Both the position numbers and the translations under genes were made by a program. From the sequence record NC_048048.2: 64,000 nt of DNA; one strand, written 5' to 3'. Numbering within the stretch: the stretch's first letter is position 1; each line of letters begins with the position of its first letter. Below the pieces are notes generated by a model. The model was not told where the DNA came from, searched no databases, and saw only the letters and a list, made by a program, of their open reading frames with translations. Shown in pieces: positions 25,498 through 33,567 of this stretch.

Positions 25498-25542
25498 GGC
25501 CTCACGGCGGAGAGATCGCGCCGTTCAGAAGGAGAAACCACC

Positions 25543-26079
25543 ATGACCATGATCGTCAAGATCATGACGGGCCATGACCTGCCCGACGATTCCCCCTATA
25601 AGACCTTCACCCTGGTCTCCGACGTCAAGAGCTTGACGTTCCACACCCAGGCCGACAGCGAAGGCCGGCGCCATTCTTTCATGCGCGCCTATATCGCCGA
25701 TCCGGTTAAGACCGCCGAGGTTCCGGGCTTCAGCGAGCACGAGGTCCTCTACGACATTCCGGCCCAGGCCAACGTCTATGTGATGAACGGCAACGGCAAG
25801 ACCATCTCGTCTTGGACCCCGCCGCCTGCCGACACTCAGGGTAAGTTCGTGGTCGACAGCGCCACGCCCATCCAGTTCGTCGACGTGGGCAAGGACACCA
25901 TCTACGGCCGCCAGGAGCGCTACTGCGTCCTGCGCGCCGCCGACTTCCTACCCAAGAAAGCGGCCGAGTTGGCGGGTTTTGAGCCTCGCCCCGAGGTCAT
26001 CGACGCGCTGGAGTCCGATCCCCTGCTGGCGGACCAGATCAGGCAATTGAAGGCCAAGGCCAAGCCGCCGGCCGAGTAG
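25543..26079 (+). CDS. 178-aa hypothetical protein
   Basis: AAGGAGA RBS; typical codon usage. Confidence 0.8.
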   Translation: MTMIVKIMTGHDLPDDSPYKTFTLVSDVKSLTFHTQADSEGRRHSFMRAYIADPVKTAEVPGFSEHEVLYDIPAQANVYVMNGNGKTISSWTPPPADTQGKFVVDSATPIQFVDVGKDTIYGRQERYCVLRAADFLPKKAAELAGFEPRPEVIDALESDPLLADQIRQLKAKAKPPAE

Positions 26080-26114
26080 GCCTGACTGGGCCTGCCAAGA
26101 AAATCATCGCCACC

Positions 26115-26156
26115 GCGACACGTTTCTTGACAGGCCCCTATGGCCTGATGTATAAG
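26115..26156 (+). promoter_or_regulatory. Promoter of the 8-tRNA operon; predicted start lies at the leader ATG (leaderless)
   Basis: GCGAC-N7-TTGACA-18 nt-TATAAG with TG just upstream; ATG 7 nt downstream. Confidence 0.7.
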
Positions 26157-26163
26157 CCACCTC

Positions 26164-26262
26164 ATGAGCAAGACGTATCGTCAATTTGTGCGCCAGATTC
26201 AGTTCGTCCGAGTTAATCGGACGGGCCTTTCGCGCATGGTTGACGGTGGGACCTCGATCTAG
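26164..26262 (+). CDS. 32-aa leader peptide of the 8-tRNA operon (MSKTYRQFVRQIQFVRVNRTGLSRMVDGGTSI)
   Basis: Codons 5-18 are all read by the eight downstream tRNAs; the ORF overlaps attenuator segments 1 and 2. Confidence 0.8.
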   Translation: MSKTYRQFVRQIQFVRVNRTGLSRMVDGGTSI

Positions 26263-26328
26263 GTCCCAGACCCGCTCAAACCCATCCTGCGAAGGCCCGT
26301 CCGATCTCTCGGACGGGCCTTTTCTTTT
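26205..26328 (+). promoter_or_regulatory. Four-segment transcription attenuator
   Basis: Seg1 CGTCCGA 26205-11; seg2 TCGGACGGGCCTTT 26217-30; seg3 AAGGCCCGTCCGA 26292-304; seg4 TCGGACGGGCCTT 26309-21 plus TTCTTTT. Pairings 1:2, 2:3 and 3:4 are all possible and adjacent pairings are mutually exclusive. Confidence 0.8.
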
Positions 26329-26375
26329 GTCCTCAATCCAAGGAGTTTCGCCATGCAAGGCGATGCCTATCGCTC

Positions 26376-26459
26376 GGGCCGGCTGGGCACGAGTGAGCCC
26401 ACGGGCCTGTAAAGCCCACGCGAAAGCTGTGGAGGTGCAAATTCCTCTCCGGCCCACCA
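26376..26459 (+). tRNA. tRNA-Tyr: tRNA-Tyr(GTA), atypical T loop (TGC)
   Basis: GGGCCGG/CCGGCCC acceptor, loop CTGTAAA, variable arm, ACCA. Confidence 0.8.
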
Positions 26460-26490
26460 GTTTCCGCAGAGCCGAGTATTCGGACCCTGC

Positions 26491-26562
26491 GCTTCAGTAG
26501 CTCAGTGGTAGAGCGCCTCGGTGACATCGAGGAGGTCGTAGGTTCAAGTCCTACCTGAAGCA
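26491..26562 (+). tRNA. tRNA-Val: tRNA-Val(GAC), no encoded CCA
   Basis: GCTTCAG/CTGAAGC acceptor, CCTCG-GTGACAT-CGAGG; one C before tRNA-Ile. Confidence 0.88.
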
Positions 26563-26563
26563 C

Positions 26564-26639
26564 GCTAGGTTAGCTCAGATGGTAGAGCACCCGATCGATA
26601 ATCGGGATGTCGCAGGTTCGAGCCCTGCACCTAGCACCA
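26564..26639 (+). tRNA. tRNA-Ile: tRNA-Ile(GAT)
   Basis: GCTAGGT/ACCTAGC acceptor, CCCGA-TCGATAA-TCGGG (C33), ACCA. Confidence 0.9.
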
Positions 26640-26755
26640 AACACTCTATACGGTTTGGCGTATATTCAAGAAATATACGCAATAGCGTATAATCCAGTAG
26701 ACAAATACGGAATTCCGTATATTCGATGAGGTGAAGAACGAGAGGAACAAGATAC

Positions 26756-26830
26756 GGGCCGGTAGCTCAGTGGTAGAGCGCTGCTGTCACATAGCAGATG
26801 TCGAGTGTTCGAGACACTCCCGGCCCACCA
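26756..26830 (+). tRNA. tRNA-Val: tRNA-Val(CAC)
   Basis: GGGCCGG/CCGGCCC acceptor, CTGCT-GTCACAT-AGCAG, ACCA. Confidence 0.9.
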
Positions 26831-26835
26831 GTTGT

Positions 26836-26909
26836 TGGGGCATGGTGTAATGGTAACACGTCGGACTTTGGTTCCGAAATTCCAGGTTCGAGTCCTGGTG
26901 CCCCAGCCA
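26836..26909 (+). tRNA. tRNA-Gln: tRNA-Gln(TTG)
   Basis: TGGGGCA/TGCCCCA acceptor, TCGGA-CTTTGGT-TCCGA, GCCA. Confidence 0.93.
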
Positions 26910-26967
26910 ACTTACGAAGACAACGAGGACTGATGTGACCAGTCCAGTGGAGAAGAGACAGGTTTGT

Positions 26968-27042
26968 TCCCGAGTAGCTCAGCGGTAGAGCGGCTCGCTG
27001 TTAACGAGAAGGTCGCAGGTTCGAATCCTGCCTCGGGAGCCA
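26968..27042 (+). tRNA. tRNA-Asn: tRNA-Asn(GTT)
   Basis: TCCCGAG/CTCGGGA acceptor, loop CTGTTAA, GCCA. Confidence 0.95.
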
Positions 27043-27056
27043 ATACTTTTCTCCAC

Positions 27057-27135
27057 GCCCGGTTAGCTCAGCGGAATTAAGAGCAGACGCCTACGAAGCG
27101 TAAGGTCGGGGGTTCGAATCCCTCACCGGGTGCCA
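27057..27135 (+). tRNA. tRNA-Arg: tRNA-Arg(ACG)
   Basis: GCCCGGT/ACCGGGT acceptor, loop CTACGAA, GCCA. Confidence 0.92.
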
Positions 27136-27161
27136 TTTCTCTGCAAGGTTGCGTACCTTGC

Positions 27162-27237
27162 GCATGGATAGCTCAGATGGTAGAGCGCCGGCGTGAAGCC
27201 CCGGAGGCCAGTGGTTCGATCCCACTTCCATGCACCA
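27162..27237 (+). tRNA. tRNA-Phe: tRNA-Phe(GAA), atypical anticodon loop
   Basis: GCATGGA/TCCATGC acceptor, CCGG(C)-GTGAAGC-(C)CCGG, ACCA. Confidence 0.85.
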
Positions 27238-27258
27238 GTTTCTCGGTGACCGCGAAGC

Positions 27259-27292
27259 GGCCGTCAGGACATTCGGTCCTGGCGGCCTTTTT
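27259..27292 (+). terminator. Intrinsic terminator of the 8-tRNA operon
   Basis: GGCCGTCAGGAC/GTCCTGGCGGCC stem followed by TTTTT. Confidence 0.85.
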
Positions 27293-27383
27293 CATGGATC
27301 GAAGGTCGCCGAGTCGAGTTCTCGACTTACTGGCAAGTTCTGGATTAAGTAAAACGTCAGGATGTATTTTGCGACGCGGCACC

Positions 27384-27424
27384 GTGACGCGAATCTTGAC
27401 ACAGAGCACATCCTACCCTAACCT
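27384..27424 (+). promoter_or_regulatory. Promoter
   Basis: GTGAC-N7-TTGACA-17 nt-TAACCT. Confidence 0.7.
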
Positions 27425-27438
27425 GCAACCACTTTTCA

Positions 27439-27633
27439 ATGGCTCAAGTCGGGGACGCGAGCATGGCCCATGCCACAGAACGTCCTCCCGAAGCGGCTTC
27501 GGAGGAAACCGAACAAACGCCGCGAAGGATGCACGCCATGAAGACGCTCATCGAGCATCTGCGTCAAGCCCAGATCGAGGCCGAAGCAGAGCGCAACGCC
27601 CACACCGCGACGCCTCCGGCGAAGGAGGCCTAA
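27439..27633 (+). CDS. Small hypothetical protein (likely start 27463)
   Basis: GGGGA RBS before ATG at 27463. Confidence 0.5.
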   Translation: MAQVGDASMAHATERPPEAASEETEQTPRRMHAMKTLIEHLRQAQIEAEAERNAHTATPPAKEA

Positions 27634-27636
27634 GTC

Positions 27637-27978
27637 ATGTCCTCGGCTAATACCACCGCCCAGGCGCGCGAGCGTCACCTTCAAATCCAACTGTTCGAGT
27701 CGATCAACGACAAGCTCGACAAGGTCGACGTGCGTTTCGACAAGGTCGAGGATCGCTTCGACAAGCTGTCGGACTCGATCACCGACGTCTCGACCCGCCT
27801 GACCCGGATCGAGGCCTCGGACGTCGCCTCGCGCGTCCAGAAGCTCGAAGACACCATCCACCAGACCGACACCCGCATCACCAAGCTGGAGACGATCCTG
27901 CTGCCGGTCACGGGCCTGGGTTCGGCCCTCGCCGGCGCCCTGGTGACGTGGGCCTTCAACCTCCTGCCGCACACCTAA
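27637..27978 (+). CDS. 113-aa coiled-coil protein with a C-terminal transmembrane helix
   Basis: Heptad DKLDKVDVRFDKVEDRFDKL repeats; hydrophobic ILLPVTGLGSALAGALVTWAF; GGAGG RBS. Confidence 0.75.
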   Translation: MSSANTTAQARERHLQIQLFESINDKLDKVDVRFDKVEDRFDKLSDSITDVSTRLTRIEASDVASRVQKLEDTIHQTDTRITKLETILLPVTGLGSALAGALVTWAFNLLPHT

Positions 27979-28126
27979 CGGTATAGCTTAAGCATTAGCT
28001 AGACCATAAGGTGCGTCAACCTACCTCAGGTTAAAATTTCCTAAACACCAGTCCGCGCCTCTTGTTCCTTCAAAAACTCCCTGTACGGTCATCGTCAACA
28101 GCGATCCAGGGCGTAGAGGAGAGAAC

Positions 28127-28348
28127 ATGCTGGCCGCCGCAACCGCTTACAGCCCCCAGGAGGATAACCGCCTGGAGGCCGTAGATCAGGCTCAAGAGGG
28201 CCTGATTCTTTCGACCACCACCCTTACCGAACTCTGCGCGGAACCCCTGTCTGACATGGGCGTCGCGCGGATGGCCAAGCTGATCGCCCAGGTCAACCAG
28301 GACGTGATGCTCACCATCGAGGCTTGGAAGGCCAGTAAAACCGTGTAG
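28127..28348 (+). CDS. 73-aa hypothetical protein
   Basis: GAGGAG RBS. Confidence 0.6.
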   Translation: MLAAATAYSPQEDNRLEAVDQAQEGLILSTTTLTELCAEPLSDMGVARMAKLIAQVNQDVMLTIEAWKASKTV

Positions 28349-28381
28349 CCCCTCGGTCGGAGGGGCCTGAAGGGAGTCCCT

Positions 28382-29260
28382 TTGACTGACCTGCTTCCCG
28401 AAGACATGTTCGAGGCTCGTCCTCTGAACAAGGCTGCTGTTCGAGCCCAGCGTCGCGCCGCCGCCAAGAATCAACCCGCTTCGGACCGCCGTCAACGCAC
28501 CGGGGACCAACCCGGCGCCAAGCCCCTAGAAGCTAAGACGGCGAAGCAAGCCGAGTACATCGCCCATCTCCAGGCCGGCAAGTCCGTCGCCGCCACGGGC
28601 GGCGCCGGCACGGGCAAGACCTACGTGGCTGCCCGTGTTGGAGCGCGGGGCCTGATCGAGGGACGCTTCGAGAAGATCGTCCTCTGCCGCGTGGCCGTTT
28701 CCAAGCCCAAGCACGCGATGGGCTTCCTGCCCGGCAAGATCGAAGACAAGCTCAAGCCCTGGCTGGTGCCGGTGATCGACGGCCTGCGCGCCGAGGTCTC
28801 GGCCGGCACGCTCGATGAGTGGAAGGCCAAGGGCATGTTCGAGGTCGTCGCCTTCGAGCACATGCGCGGGCGCACCTTCAGCAACGCCTTCGTCATCCTG
28901 GACGAAGCCCAGAACGCAGATTTCGGCGACCTCAAGCTGTTCCTGACCCGCACCGGCGCCAACAGCCAGATCGTGCTAACCGGCGACATGGACCAGATCG
29001 ACATCCCCAACTCGGGCCTCGCCGAGGTCATCGACATGATCCTCGACTACGACGTCCCGGTAGAAGTCGTGCAGTTCACCTCGGCCGACGTCGTGCGCTC
29101 GCCGCTGGCCAAGGCCTTCGTCCAGGCGTTCGAGCGCCACGCCGCGACCAAGAAGGCCCTGGCTGAAGGTCAGCGCCACGAGCCGGCGAATGGCGCGTTT
29201 CTTGACCGTGCGCCTGCTTTCCTTAACAATGGACTGTCGGCGCACAAACTCGCCGCCTAG
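28382..29260 (+). CDS. phoH: PhoH-family ATPase
   Basis: GGAGTGKT Walker A, GFLPG, MRGRTF, ILDEAQN, LTRTG, TGDxxQ and DVVRS motifs. Confidence 0.95.
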   Translation: MTDLLPEDMFEARPLNKAAVRAQRRAAAKNQPASDRRQRTGDQPGAKPLEAKTAKQAEYIAHLQAGKSVAATGGAGTGKTYVAARVGARGLIEGRFEKIVLCRVAVSKPKHAMGFLPGKIEDKLKPWLVPVIDGLRAEVSAGTLDEWKAKGMFEVVAFEHMRGRTFSNAFVILDEAQNADFGDLKLFLTRTGANSQIVLTGDMDQIDIPNSGLAEVIDMILDYDVPVEVVQFTSADVVRSPLAKAFVQAFERHAATKKALAEGQRHEPANGAFLDRAPAFLNNGLSAHKLAA

Positions 29261-29352
29261 CCTCATACACTAGCCGCCGTAATGGCAGGGCTCCGAGTCA
29301 GGTGCAGGAGTGCGCCGCGCTCGGAGCCCACTCACATCCCTGGAATCCCTCA

Positions 29353-29895
29353 ATGTCCTTCACCTTCGTCGTGGAGACGGGTCAGGCCCTGCCGGACGCC
29401 AACTCCTACAGCAACATCGAGTTCGCCGACGACTACGTCGAGATGGACATCCACCGTTCGGGAGAATGGCTCGGTCTTGACGAGGATGTCAAGGAGAGAT
29501 TGTTGGCGCGCGCCAGCAAGATGCTCGACAGCCGCGTGAAGTGGAAGGGCAAGAAGTACGACCGCGACAGCGGCCTGCAATGGCCGCGCATCGAAGTCCT
29601 CGATGAGGACGGCTATCCGATTTCCGACGACGAAGTCCCGCAGATCGTTCGCGAGGCCACCGTCGAGTACGCCAAGTATTTCATGGACGAGGATGTGGTC
29701 GCCGGTTCGACCATCTCCAACTATCGGGAAATCCAGGTCGACGTGATCGAACTGAAGATCAACAACGAGACCAATCCCGCCCTGGTCCCCGACGTCGTCA
29801 AGACGATGATCGAAAACTCGGGCTTGGGCACCGTCGACGACGGCACCTCCACCACCAATGGTCGGATGGGCTTCAAGAAGATTCGCCGCACCTAA
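29353..29895 (+). CDS. Head-tail adaptor (DnaT-like fold family)
   Basis: FVVETG...ANSY...GLQWPR...VREATVE pattern; first gene of the neck module. Confidence 0.75.
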   Translation: MSFTFVVETGQALPDANSYSNIEFADDYVEMDIHRSGEWLGLDEDVKERLLARASKMLDSRVKWKGKKYDRDSGLQWPRIEVLDEDGYPISDDEVPQIVREATVEYAKYFMDEDVVAGSTISNYREIQVDVIELKINNETNPALVPDVVKTMIENSGLGTVDDGTSTTNGRMGFKKIRRT

Positions 29896-30275
29896 TGGCG
29901 TCGCTTTCCAAGGTCATTCAGCGCGGCGTCGACAGCGCCTTCAAGGCGATCGGCGATATCGCCAAGCCCGGCACGTGGCGTCAAATCCGCACGACCGGCG
30001 CCAACGCCATCGACATCAACGGCGGCGTGCCGATTCAGCCATACACCGACTATCCGCTCAAGCGCGTGGTTTTCGCACGCTTCAAGCAGGAAGAAACCGA
30101 CCATACCACCATCACCCTCAACGACCAGAAGGTGCTCTTTCCGCGCCAGGATTTGCCGGTCGAGCCGGCCGACAGCGACGCGGTGATCGATAGCAAGGGC
30201 CGCCTTTGGCAGGTGGTGCGGGTGCTGAGCCCGCCGGCCGACGCCGTGGTGATCTGCCAAGTCCGGGCGTCCTAA
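29895..30275 (+). CDS. Head-closure/neck protein
   Basis: TAATG coupling; size and position; WQVVRVLSP...VICQVR end. Confidence 0.65.
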   Translation: MASLSKVIQRGVDSAFKAIGDIAKPGTWRQIRTTGANAIDINGGVPIQPYTDYPLKRVVFARFKQEETDHTTITLNDQKVLFPRQDLPVEPADSDAVIDSKGRLWQVVRVLSPPADAVVICQVRAS

Positions 30276-30781
30276 TGGCGCGCGGCGGCGGCCACATGTT
30301 TTCGGCCCAGGCCGGCGGCAACTGGCGCAAGGCGCTCCAGCAATATGCCGCCGACGTCAACCGCGCCTATATCCGCTACGTCGATCGCTTCGCTGTGGCC
30401 CTAAACGAGAATCTGCTGGGCAACACTCCGGTCTGGGAAGGCACCACGATCCGAAACTGGAACTGGTCGATCGGCGTGGCTGACCGCAGTGGCTACACGC
30501 CCGCCGAGGGCGACCTGCCGCCCGGCCCGACCAACAAGATGCCCCTGGGCGCCGAACCGCGCCGTCCCGCCAACGAGGCGTCCGAGATCGGCGACTTCGA
30601 GAATTTCCGCCGGCAACTGGCCGCCCAGACCAAGCCGGTCAACATCTACGTGACCAACACCGCCCCCAACGCCGTCTCCCTCGAATACGGCATGCTGCCC
30701 ACTCCGGCCACCTCGCGTCGCAAGAAGGGCATGCTGCTGCTGTCCCTCGTCGAGACGCTGGCGGCCATGGGTGTGCGCTAG
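30275..30781 (+). CDS. Tail-completion/neck protein (HK97 gp10-like)
   Basis: TAATG coupling; TPVWEG...NWNWSIG and YVTNTAPNAVSLEYG motifs. Confidence 0.7.
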   Translation: MARGGGHMFSAQAGGNWRKALQQYAADVNRAYIRYVDRFAVALNENLLGNTPVWEGTTIRNWNWSIGVADRSGYTPAEGDLPPGPTNKMPLGAEPRRPANEASEIGDFENFRRQLAAQTKPVNIYVTNTAPNAVSLEYGMLPTPATSRRKKGMLLLSLVETLAAMGVR

Positions 30782-30806
30782 GCCCGTTTCTTGCTAGGAG
30801 GACCAG

Positions 30807-31256
30807 ATGGCTGACGAAACCTTCGCCTTCGAGGAACTGCGCAAGCGCTTCCTCACCGAAGCTATCCAGGCCGCCAATACGGCGGGCCTAGGCGACGTCT
30901 TCAAGACGCCGGGCTATCCGTTCGTCCAGCCTCAGGCCCAGCCCTGGGTCGAGTTCTCCTACGAGGTCGGCAAGACCTTCCCGGCCAGCCTGGGCGCGGG
31001 CGAGGACCTCGACGCTCCCGACTACACCGTCGGCATCTTCCAGTTCGACGTCTATGTCCCCGAGGATAGCGGCACCGGGCCGGGCACGATCCTGGGCGAG
31101 AAGCTGCGCAAGCAGGTCAATCGAAAGGAATGGCTGGTCGGGGACGTCGGCCACGTCAAGCTCGGCGCCTTCTCCACCACGCCGGTGAACACCACCATGA
31201 AGGGCTGGAACTGCGTCTGCGTGCGCGGAAGCTACGGCTTCTGGCATCGAGGCTAA
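30807..31256 (+). CDS. Tail terminator protein
   Basis: AGGAGG RBS; GIFQFDVYVPEDSG motif; immediately before the tube gene. Confidence 0.7.
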   Translation: MADETFAFEELRKRFLTEAIQAANTAGLGDVFKTPGYPFVQPQAQPWVEFSYEVGKTFPASLGAGEDLDAPDYTVGIFQFDVYVPEDSGTGPGTILGEKLRKQVNRKEWLVGDVGHVKLGAFSTTPVNTTMKGWNCVCVRGSYGFWHRG

Positions 31257-31318
31257 GACCTCCTGACCTGACTGTCAAGACGCGCCATGACGCAAACCGC
31301 GTCACGATGCTGTGTTTC

Positions 31319-31347
31319 TTGACATTAGGAATATTTTCCTATACGGT
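31319..31347 (+). promoter_or_regulatory. Promoter of the tail tube gene
   Basis: TTTCTTGACA-17 nt-TACGGT. Confidence 0.65.
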
Positions 31348-31417
31348 CCGACCCAGCCTTTGATGCGCCACCGGGGCGGTGCGCCATCCGCAACCCCACA
31401 ACTTTAGGTGACGCCTG

Positions 31418-33250
31418 ATGGTCGCAATTTTCGCCGACTCCAACCGCGCTCGTATGCGCTACATCAAGTCCGTGGACGGCTGGGGTACGACCCCCGCCAC
31501 GGGCCGCACCCGCGAGCTTCGCTACACCGGTTCGTCCGTGACCGCCTCCAAGGAGACGACGGTCTCGGAAGAAATCCGTGCCGACCGCATGGTCTCCGAC
31601 ATCATCGAAACGTCCGCCAAGTCGGCGGGCGAGATCAACATCGAATTCTCGGCCGGCAGCCACGACGACTTCCTGGAGTCGTTCATGATGGGCGCCTGGA
31701 CGCGCCCGATGACCTTCGACAGCGCCCAGGGCAAGTCGCTGGTGTTCGCTGACGCCGACACGATCTACATCAAGGGCAAGGACGTCACGGACTACTTCTT
31801 CGCGGGCCGCCGTATCCGTACGAACGGCTTCGTGAACCCGGCCAACAACAACTACTGGCAGATCGACACGATCGTCTTCAACGCCGGCGCCAACCGCACC
31901 GAGATCACGCTGACGACCGCCACGGCCGTTGCCGAAAACGGCACCGCCAACACCTTCATGTACGACGCCAACGACGTCATCGTCCTGAAGAACACCAACA
32001 TCCGCGCCGGCACCGGCGGCCTGCCGACCTTCGACTCCAACGGCACCAACGCCTTCGCCGCCGCGATCGCCGCCGGTCAGATCGTTCCGGGCCAGAAGGT
32101 CTTCGTCGACGGTCTGGGCTTCGCCACCGGCACCGTGACCCTGACGGGTCAACCCGCCGCCGGTTCGCGCGTGCGTCTGTCGGACGGCAAGAAGGCCGTG
32201 ACCTTCCAGTTCGGTGGCGTGTTCGGTCAGACCGTCGAGCCGGTCGACCTGGGCACCGACTTCAACCAGACGGCCGAGAACCTCGCCCTGGCCCTGAACG
32301 AAGCCCGCGCCGTGGGCAAGATCGCCGCCTCGGCGACCTTCGCCGGTGGCGTGGTCACGATCAAGCTCCAGACCGAGACCGGCACCCTGACCGAAGTCTC
32401 CGACACCGGCAACGTCATCGCCGTCGCCAACTTCTCGGGCGGCGACAGCACCCTGCACGGCATCTACACGATCCTGTCGGCCACCGACGACGTGCTGGAA
32501 GTCTCGCCGGCCCCGAACACCAACGCCAATGCCGGCGCGCGCCCGATCACCATCAAGGGCTCGATGCTGCGCAACCCCCACCTCGTCGAGGACATCACGC
32601 CTCAGGACTACGTCCTGGAGACGGGCTTCGAAGACGTTGGCCAATACTTCATCGCCGACGGCCAACGCGTGGGCGGCTTCAGCTACGACATCTCGTCGAA
32701 CGCCATCCTGACCGGCTCGTTCACCTTCTCGGGCCGCGCCATGACCCGCTCGGACGTCACCATTCTGGGCGACGAGGGCGTCTACACCGTCCTGGGCACC
32801 ACCGCCACGGAAGTCGCCAACTCGACCGTCAACGTCGGCAACGTCAACGTTAACGGCGAGGTCCTGTCGACCGCGCTCCAGTCGATCCAACTGACCGGCG
32901 ACAACAACCTGCGCGACCAGAACGCGGTGTCCTACAAGTTCCCGGCCGGCATCGGCTCGGGCCGCATGGACATCACCGGCTCGGTCAACGCCTACTTCGC
33001 CGACGGCGCCCTGTGGGACAAGTTCCTGAACCACGAGACCGTCTCGCTGTCGTACTCGATCTCCGACGTGGCGGGTCACACCTACCACTTCACGATCCCG
33101 TCCTGCAAGTTCTCGTCGGACCAAGTCAACCCGGCCGGCGGCAACCAGGACGTCATGGAGGCGATGGAATTCACCGCCAAGCGTGACCCGGAAACCGAGT
33201 GCCAAATCCAGATCGACCGGTTCTCCTCGAACCTGCCGATCACCGCCTAA
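31418..33250 (+). CDS. Major tail tube protein (610 aa, with an internal insertion)
   Basis: RELRYTG...SEEIRADRM...GEINIEFS N-terminus and DITGSVNAYF...YHFTIP C-terminus of siphovirus tube proteins; highly biased codons. Confidence 0.9.
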   Translation: MVAIFADSNRARMRYIKSVDGWGTTPATGRTRELRYTGSSVTASKETTVSEEIRADRMVSDIIETSAKSAGEINIEFSAGSHDDFLESFMMGAWTRPMTFDSAQGKSLVFADADTIYIKGKDVTDYFFAGRRIRTNGFVNPANNNYWQIDTIVFNAGANRTEITLTTATAVAENGTANTFMYDANDVIVLKNTNIRAGTGGLPTFDSNGTNAFAAAIAAGQIVPGQKVFVDGLGFATGTVTLTGQPAAGSRVRLSDGKKAVTFQFGGVFGQTVEPVDLGTDFNQTAENLALALNEARAVGKIAASATFAGGVVTIKLQTETGTLTEVSDTGNVIAVANFSGGDSTLHGIYTILSATDDVLEVSPAPNTNANAGARPITIKGSMLRNPHLVEDITPQDYVLETGFEDVGQYFIADGQRVGGFSYDISSNAILTGSFTFSGRAMTRSDVTILGDEGVYTVLGTTATEVANSTVNVGNVNVNGEVLSTALQSIQLTGDNNLRDQNAVSYKFPAGIGSGRMDITGSVNAYFADGALWDKFLNHETVSLSYSISDVAGHTYHFTIPSCKFSSDQVNPAGGNQDVMEAMEFTAKRDPETECQIQIDRFSSNLPITA

Positions 33251-33567
33251 GACTCGCGGCGCCGGCGCAAGCCGGCTGTCCGTCCGCCTCGCCGGAGGGC
33301 GTAAACTTCCGGTTCCCAATCTGCCCGAACGGGCGCCCAAGACCCGCGACCCCAACAAGGTGGGGAAACGCCCTGGTCCTCATCCAAGACCAGCCCGGCG
33401 GCCAAGGCCGCCGGGGCAACCAACACCCCGACAGAGAACAGAGCTTTCGACCCTAGCGGTCACTCCCAAAGCTCACCGGTGAGCCGGGCGGGAGGGTTCT
33501 GTCGGGGTCCTCTCCCGCCCACCCCCTCCGACAACTGAAACCCCCGACAACTTAGGATTCCAAGACC

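Noticed and set aside
27985-28070. AT-rich spacer with possible CtrA site or antisense promoter
   Set aside because: No complete TTAA-N7-TTAA site, and the minus-strand TTGACG has only a mediocre -10; not supportable.
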